From Acidimicrobiia bacterium (GTDB lineage Bacteria; Actinomycetota; Acidimicrobiia; Spongiisociales; ZC4RG35), in the NCBI GenBank assembly GCA_036446835.1, contig JAZFTT010000038.1, forward strand, positions 1-46,754: a DNA stretch of 46,754 bases, given 5' to 3'. Each line of letters opens with the position of its first letter. Within the stretch, counting starts at the first letter, position 1. The notes beneath the pieces are model-generated. The model was not told the DNA's origin, ran no database searches, and saw nothing but the letters and a program-made list of their open reading frames with translations. The position numbers and the translations under genes are program-made. This document shows, in pieces, positions 43,599 to 46,754 of the stretch.

Positions 43599-45454
43599 AC
43601 GCGATCGAGCACTTCGTAGGTCGTGTTGCGGAGTACCGGGGTCCGCCCGGCGGCCTCGATGACGGAGCGAAACTCTTCGGTCGTCACCTCCTGGCCATGC
43701 TCTGCTCCGGCGGCGCGAGTGATGATCTCACCCATGAGGGTCCCACCCAGATCGTTGCATCCTGCGTCGAGAAGACGCCGACCGCCGTCAAGGCCCAGCT
43801 TCACCCACGAAGCCTGAATGTTGTTGATCAGTCCATCGAAGGCAATGCGAGACACCGCGTGGATCAGCACCACTTCGTCCCAGGTCGGTCCCGGGCGCGA
43901 TCGTCCACGAAGATAGATCGGCGACCCCATGTGCACGAAGGGCAGTGGGACCATCTCGGTAAACCCGGCGGTGCGGCGCTGGATCTCGCGAATGACTTCG
44001 AGATGTCTTGCCCAAGAGCGTGGATGATCGATATGACCGAACATGATGGTGGAGGTCGTCCTGAGGCCGAGTTCGTGAGCGGTGATCATCACTTCGGCCC
44101 ACTGCGATGTCCGGATCTTGTCGGGGCAGAGATGGGTCCGAATCTCGTCGTCGAGAATCTCGGCTGCGGTCCCCGGCAACGTGCCCAACCCGGCTTCCTT
44201 CAACTCACTCAAGAACTGCCTCACCGATAGGCCAAGAGTCTCGGCGCCCTGCCAGACCTCCAAGGGGGTGAAACCATGGATGTGCATGTCAGGAAGCTCT
44301 TCCTTGATGGCCTTGACCACCTCGACGTAGAAATTGCCTGTGAAATCTGGGTGAATCCCACCCTGAAGGGTCACCTCGGTTGCGCCCCGGTCCCATGCCT
44401 CACGTGAGCGATCCACGATCTCGTCGAGACCCATCAGATAGGGCTCGCCACGCAGGTTCAAAGACTTGGGCCCTTTGGAGAAGGCGCAGAACCCACACTT
44501 GAAGTAGCAGAGATTGGTGTAGTTGATGTTCCGGTTGACCACGTAGGTCACCGTGTCTCCCACCGCTCTCTTCCGCAGATCGTCGGCCGTTCGAGCAACG
44601 GCGTCGATCTGATCGCCTCTCGCCATGAAGAGCTCTTCCAACTCGGTGACTGTGGGGACATGTCCATTCAGGGAGCGCTCGAGGATCGGAGCCAGATCAC
44701 CGGCGCCACCGAGACCTCCCACTCCCCTTCCGCCCACCCATGCTGCGTCCATCCACTCCGCAGACAAACGCCCGATCGGCACCGGAAGATCCATGTCCCT
44801 GCCCGGAGCCCATCCGTAACGCGGCCGCGCCGCGCCGGACCCATCAACCTGATTGAGCCACGTTGTGAATATGTCCTTGGGCAACACGCCCCTCGCCTCA
44901 TCGATCTCCACACCGGCTGGAAAGGCAGTGCGCTCCACGAACTGCACCTCGGGCAACGAGTCACGCAGCTCGCCGAGCCTCTCGCCGCTCCAGTCGCGGA
45001 GCAACAGGTCTGTGGCACCGTCCGAAATCGCCTTCCCAGCTTGAGTGACATCGTCTACAAACACTGAGACCGAGGTCTCGATGCCGGGCAAACCCGTGAT
45101 CTGTGTCGCTCCGACAACCGCCGAGCGGGTGGTCCTCAGATAGGCCGAGCGACTCCGCGCGATCGCGTCGAGCACTTTCTCTCTTGGGCCGTTGTCGACG
45201 ACCGTGAGACGCCACGACGCCACCCGTCTCGAGGCCAGCAGGAGAGCGTCGCCCGGGTCGACCACCCATGCCGCCGGGTCATGGTCGCCAATCTTGCGCG
45301 CCACCACCAGCACACCACCTTTGAAACCGGCTGCGACGTCGGCGGAGGTCGGGATGTCGACCTCGATGGTCGTCGTCCCTTCGCGTCGTCGACTGACTGC
45401 CGTCAGCTCGGCGAGCGTGTCGGCAGGGCGGACGCGGAGGTAGGTGACTCTCAT
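43595..45454 (-). CDS. cofH: FO synthase subunit CofH (radical SAM) with an N-terminal extension of about 250 aa and unknown function
   Basis: NINYTNLCYFKCGFCAF is at aa 309-325 rather than near the N-terminus. The C-terminal 370 aa are colinear with CofH and the FbiC C-half. The ATG overlaps the cofG stop (ATGA). Confidence 0.85.
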   Translation of the reverse strand: MRVTYLRVRPADTLAELTAVSRRREGTTTIEVDIPTSADVAAGFKGGVLVVARKIGDHDPAAWVVDPGDALLLASRRVASWRLTVVDNGPREKVLDAIARSRSAYLRTTRSAVVGATQITGLPGIETSVSVFVDDVTQAGKAISDGATDLLLRDWSGERLGELRDSLPEVQFVERTAFPAGVEIDEARGVLPKDIFTTWLNQVDGSGAARPRYGWAPGRDMDLPVPIGRLSAEWMDAAWVGGRGVGGLGGAGDLAPILERSLNGHVPTVTELEELFMARGDQIDAVARTADDLRKRAVGDTVTYVVNRNINYTNLCYFKCGFCAFSKGPKSLNLRGEPYLMGLDEIVDRSREAWDRGATEVTLQGGIHPDFTGNFYVEVVKAIKEELPDMHIHGFTPLEVWQGAETLGLSVRQFLSELKEAGLGTLPGTAAEILDDEIRTHLCPDKIRTSQWAEVMITAHELGLRTTSTIMFGHIDHPRSWARHLEVIREIQRRTAGFTEMVPLPFVHMGSPIYLRGRSRPGPTWDEVVLIHAVSRIAFDGLINNIQASWVKLGLDGGRRLLDAGCNDLGGTLMGEIITRAAGAEHGQEVTTEEFRSVIEAAGRTPVLRNTTYEVLDRV

Positions 45455-46590
45455 GCCACTCCAATCTTGGTCGTTATCGCCGCTAAACCGTCGTCATCGG
45501 CCGCGGCTTGTACGTCGGCGAGCAAACCTGGATCGATCCACTCCTCGTTGATGTACCCGGGATAGACGGGAAGACGGGGCCGGAGCTCGAAACCCGCGGC
45601 CTGCGTCCGGCTCTTCAGCTCCTCGAGCTGGGGCCAGGGAGCCTCGGGATTGACCCAGTCGATCGTCAACGGCGAAACACCACCCCAATCATTGATCCCG
45701 GCTTCGAGATAGATCTCATAACTCTCGGTGAGGTTCGGGGGCACCTGAATGCTCGTCTCGGCGCCCATGATCCAGCGGGCGATGGCGACCACCCGGACAA
45801 ACCAGCGTGGCACTGGTTCGGCGGAACGTCTCATCGGCGTGTCGTCCTTAGCCCGGAAGTTCTGGATGATCACTTCCTGTATGGCGCCCGTCGTTTCGGC
45901 GAGGTCGCTGAGCGCAAACAGCGAGTCAACGATCTCCTCGTGGTTCTCTCCGATGCCCACCAGGATCCCGGTTGTGAACGGCACCTTTTGTCGCCCGGCA
46001 GCCTCGATCGTCGCCACCCGCCGGGCGGGCTTCTTCGTCGGAGAGTTGTGATGCGCCATCCCCGGCTCGGTCAGTCGAGACGAGATGTTCTCCAGCATCA
46101 TTCCCATCGATGGATTGGTCGGTCTGAGAAGGGTCATCGCCGCATCGTCCATGAGACCAGGGTTGGCGTGAGGAAACAGCGATGTCTCCGACCTGACCAG
46201 CGATGACATCTCAGCTAAGTACTCGATGGTGGTGTGAAGACCCTTGCCCTCCAGGAATTCCCGAGCTTGGGGCCATCGGCGCTCGGGACGATCCCCCAAT
46301 GTGAACAGCGCCTCGGTGCAGTTGGCGGCGTCGCCTGCCCTGGCGACAGCGAGCACGTCCTCAGGTTCGAGGTAGAAACCGCCGGCACCCGGTGGCTTGG
46401 CAAAGGTGCAGTAGGTGCAACGGTCGTTGCAGAGCGTCGTCAGCGGGATGAAGACCTTCCGGCTGTACGTGACGACTCTCCCTCGCCCTTCATCGCGCAA
46501 TTGGGAGGCATGGGCGAACAACGACGCTTGGTCCGTCTCGCCGTTGAGATAGCGTAGGGCGAGGTCCGGGTCCGGAGAGGGATGAGTCAT
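45451..46590 (-). CDS. cofG: FO synthase subunit CofG (radical SAM)
   Basis: VTYSRKVFIPLTTLCNDRCTYCTF, 379 aa, colinear with CofG and the FbiC N-half. Confidence 0.9.
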   Translation of the reverse strand: MTHPSPDPDLALRYLNGETDQASLFAHASQLRDEGRGRVVTYSRKVFIPLTTLCNDRCTYCTFAKPPGAGGFYLEPEDVLAVARAGDAANCTEALFTLGDRPERRWPQAREFLEGKGLHTTIEYLAEMSSLVRSETSLFPHANPGLMDDAAMTLLRPTNPSMGMMLENISSRLTEPGMAHHNSPTKKPARRVATIEAAGRQKVPFTTGILVGIGENHEEIVDSLFALSDLAETTGAIQEVIIQNFRAKDDTPMRRSAEPVPRWFVRVVAIARWIMGAETSIQVPPNLTESYEIYLEAGINDWGGVSPLTIDWVNPEAPWPQLEELKSRTQAAGFELRPRLPVYPGYINEEWIDPGLLADVQAAADDDGLAAITTKIGVA

Positions 46591-46603
46591 TAGTGCCAGA
46601 CCA

Positions 46604-46754
46604 CTAGGAGATACCCGAAGAGCCGGCGCCGATCACACCTCCATCAACCGGCACGATGGCTCCCGTCATCCAAGAAGCCGCGTCGGACGAGAGAAACACG
46701 ATCAATCGTGCAACGTCTTCGGGCTCACCGACCCGGCCCAGCGGATGCATGCGC
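46604..46754 (-). CDS. Short-chain dehydrogenase/reductase (FabG-like), 3' end only
   Basis: The reverse complement translates to [49 protein letters not shown], a typical SDR C-terminus. The gene continues beyond the right edge. Confidence 0.75.
   Translation of the reverse strand, partial: RMHPLGRVGEPEDVARLIVFLSSDAASWMTGAIVPVDGGVIGAGSSGIS

Noticed and set aside
1-46754. Search for CRISPR arrays, tRNA/rRNA genes, IS elements, integrases, prophage genes or toxin-antitoxin pairs
   Set aside because: I saw no tandem direct repeats with spacers, no tRNA-like T-arm/acceptor patterns in the short intergenic regions, and no transposase- or integrase-like ORFs. Coding density leaves almost no unassigned space apart from 11.3-12.3 kb.

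Overview
This is a densely coding, high-GC chromosomal window of actinobacterial type. Supporting markers are the F420 genes cofG/cofH, an LLM-class oxidoreductase, a mycothiol-type DinB/MDMPI protein, RamB, Lhr, and an SOS box of the TCGAAC-N4-GTTCGA type. I saw no rRNA, tRNA, CRISPR array, transposase or integrase.

Gene content, left to right:
- recA 5' end with a LexA box, then thpR, cinA (interrupted by an in-frame TAG) and rimO.
- An archaeal-type GAPDH-like dehydrogenase.
- A glyoxylate-shunt block: aceB, aceA and a Rieske-TPP fusion enzyme, with ramB divergent.
- A decayed ECF sigma / anti-sigma remnant.
- An S10 carboxypeptidase.
- A 2-oxoacid dehydrogenase operon (E1 alpha, E1 beta, E2) followed by an AhpD-like gene.
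- ftsK, a nitroreductase, rnj, dapA, a cyclophilin and miscellaneous enzymes.
- An M16 peptidase.
- A three-gene module: HExxH-VWA protein, CobS-like AAA+ ATPase, LOG protein.
- A translationally coupled trio: DinB/MDMPI, BtpA, enoyl-CoA hydratase.
- A lower-GC islet with a PD-(D/E)xK-like protein and a stand-alone HD-GYP protein.
- lhr, split cofG/cofH, and the 3' end of an SDR gene.

Most notable observations:
1. The AhpD-like gene has TGA exactly at the second Cys of its CxxCxxxH redox motif, followed by a SECIS-like hairpin. It sits 2 nt after the lipoylated E2 gene, so it is a candidate selenoprotein coupled to that operon.
2. The E1 alpha ORF begins with a ParB-type N-terminal peptide (GLGRGLEALIP).
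3. A Rieske [2Fe-2S] domain is fused to a PoxB-like TPP enzyme directly downstream of aceBA.
4. In the HExxH-VWA / AAA+ / LOG module, the ATPase has reciprocal Walker A (GKD) and Walker B (SE) deviations.

All calls come from reading translations and motifs by eye; no database search was possible.
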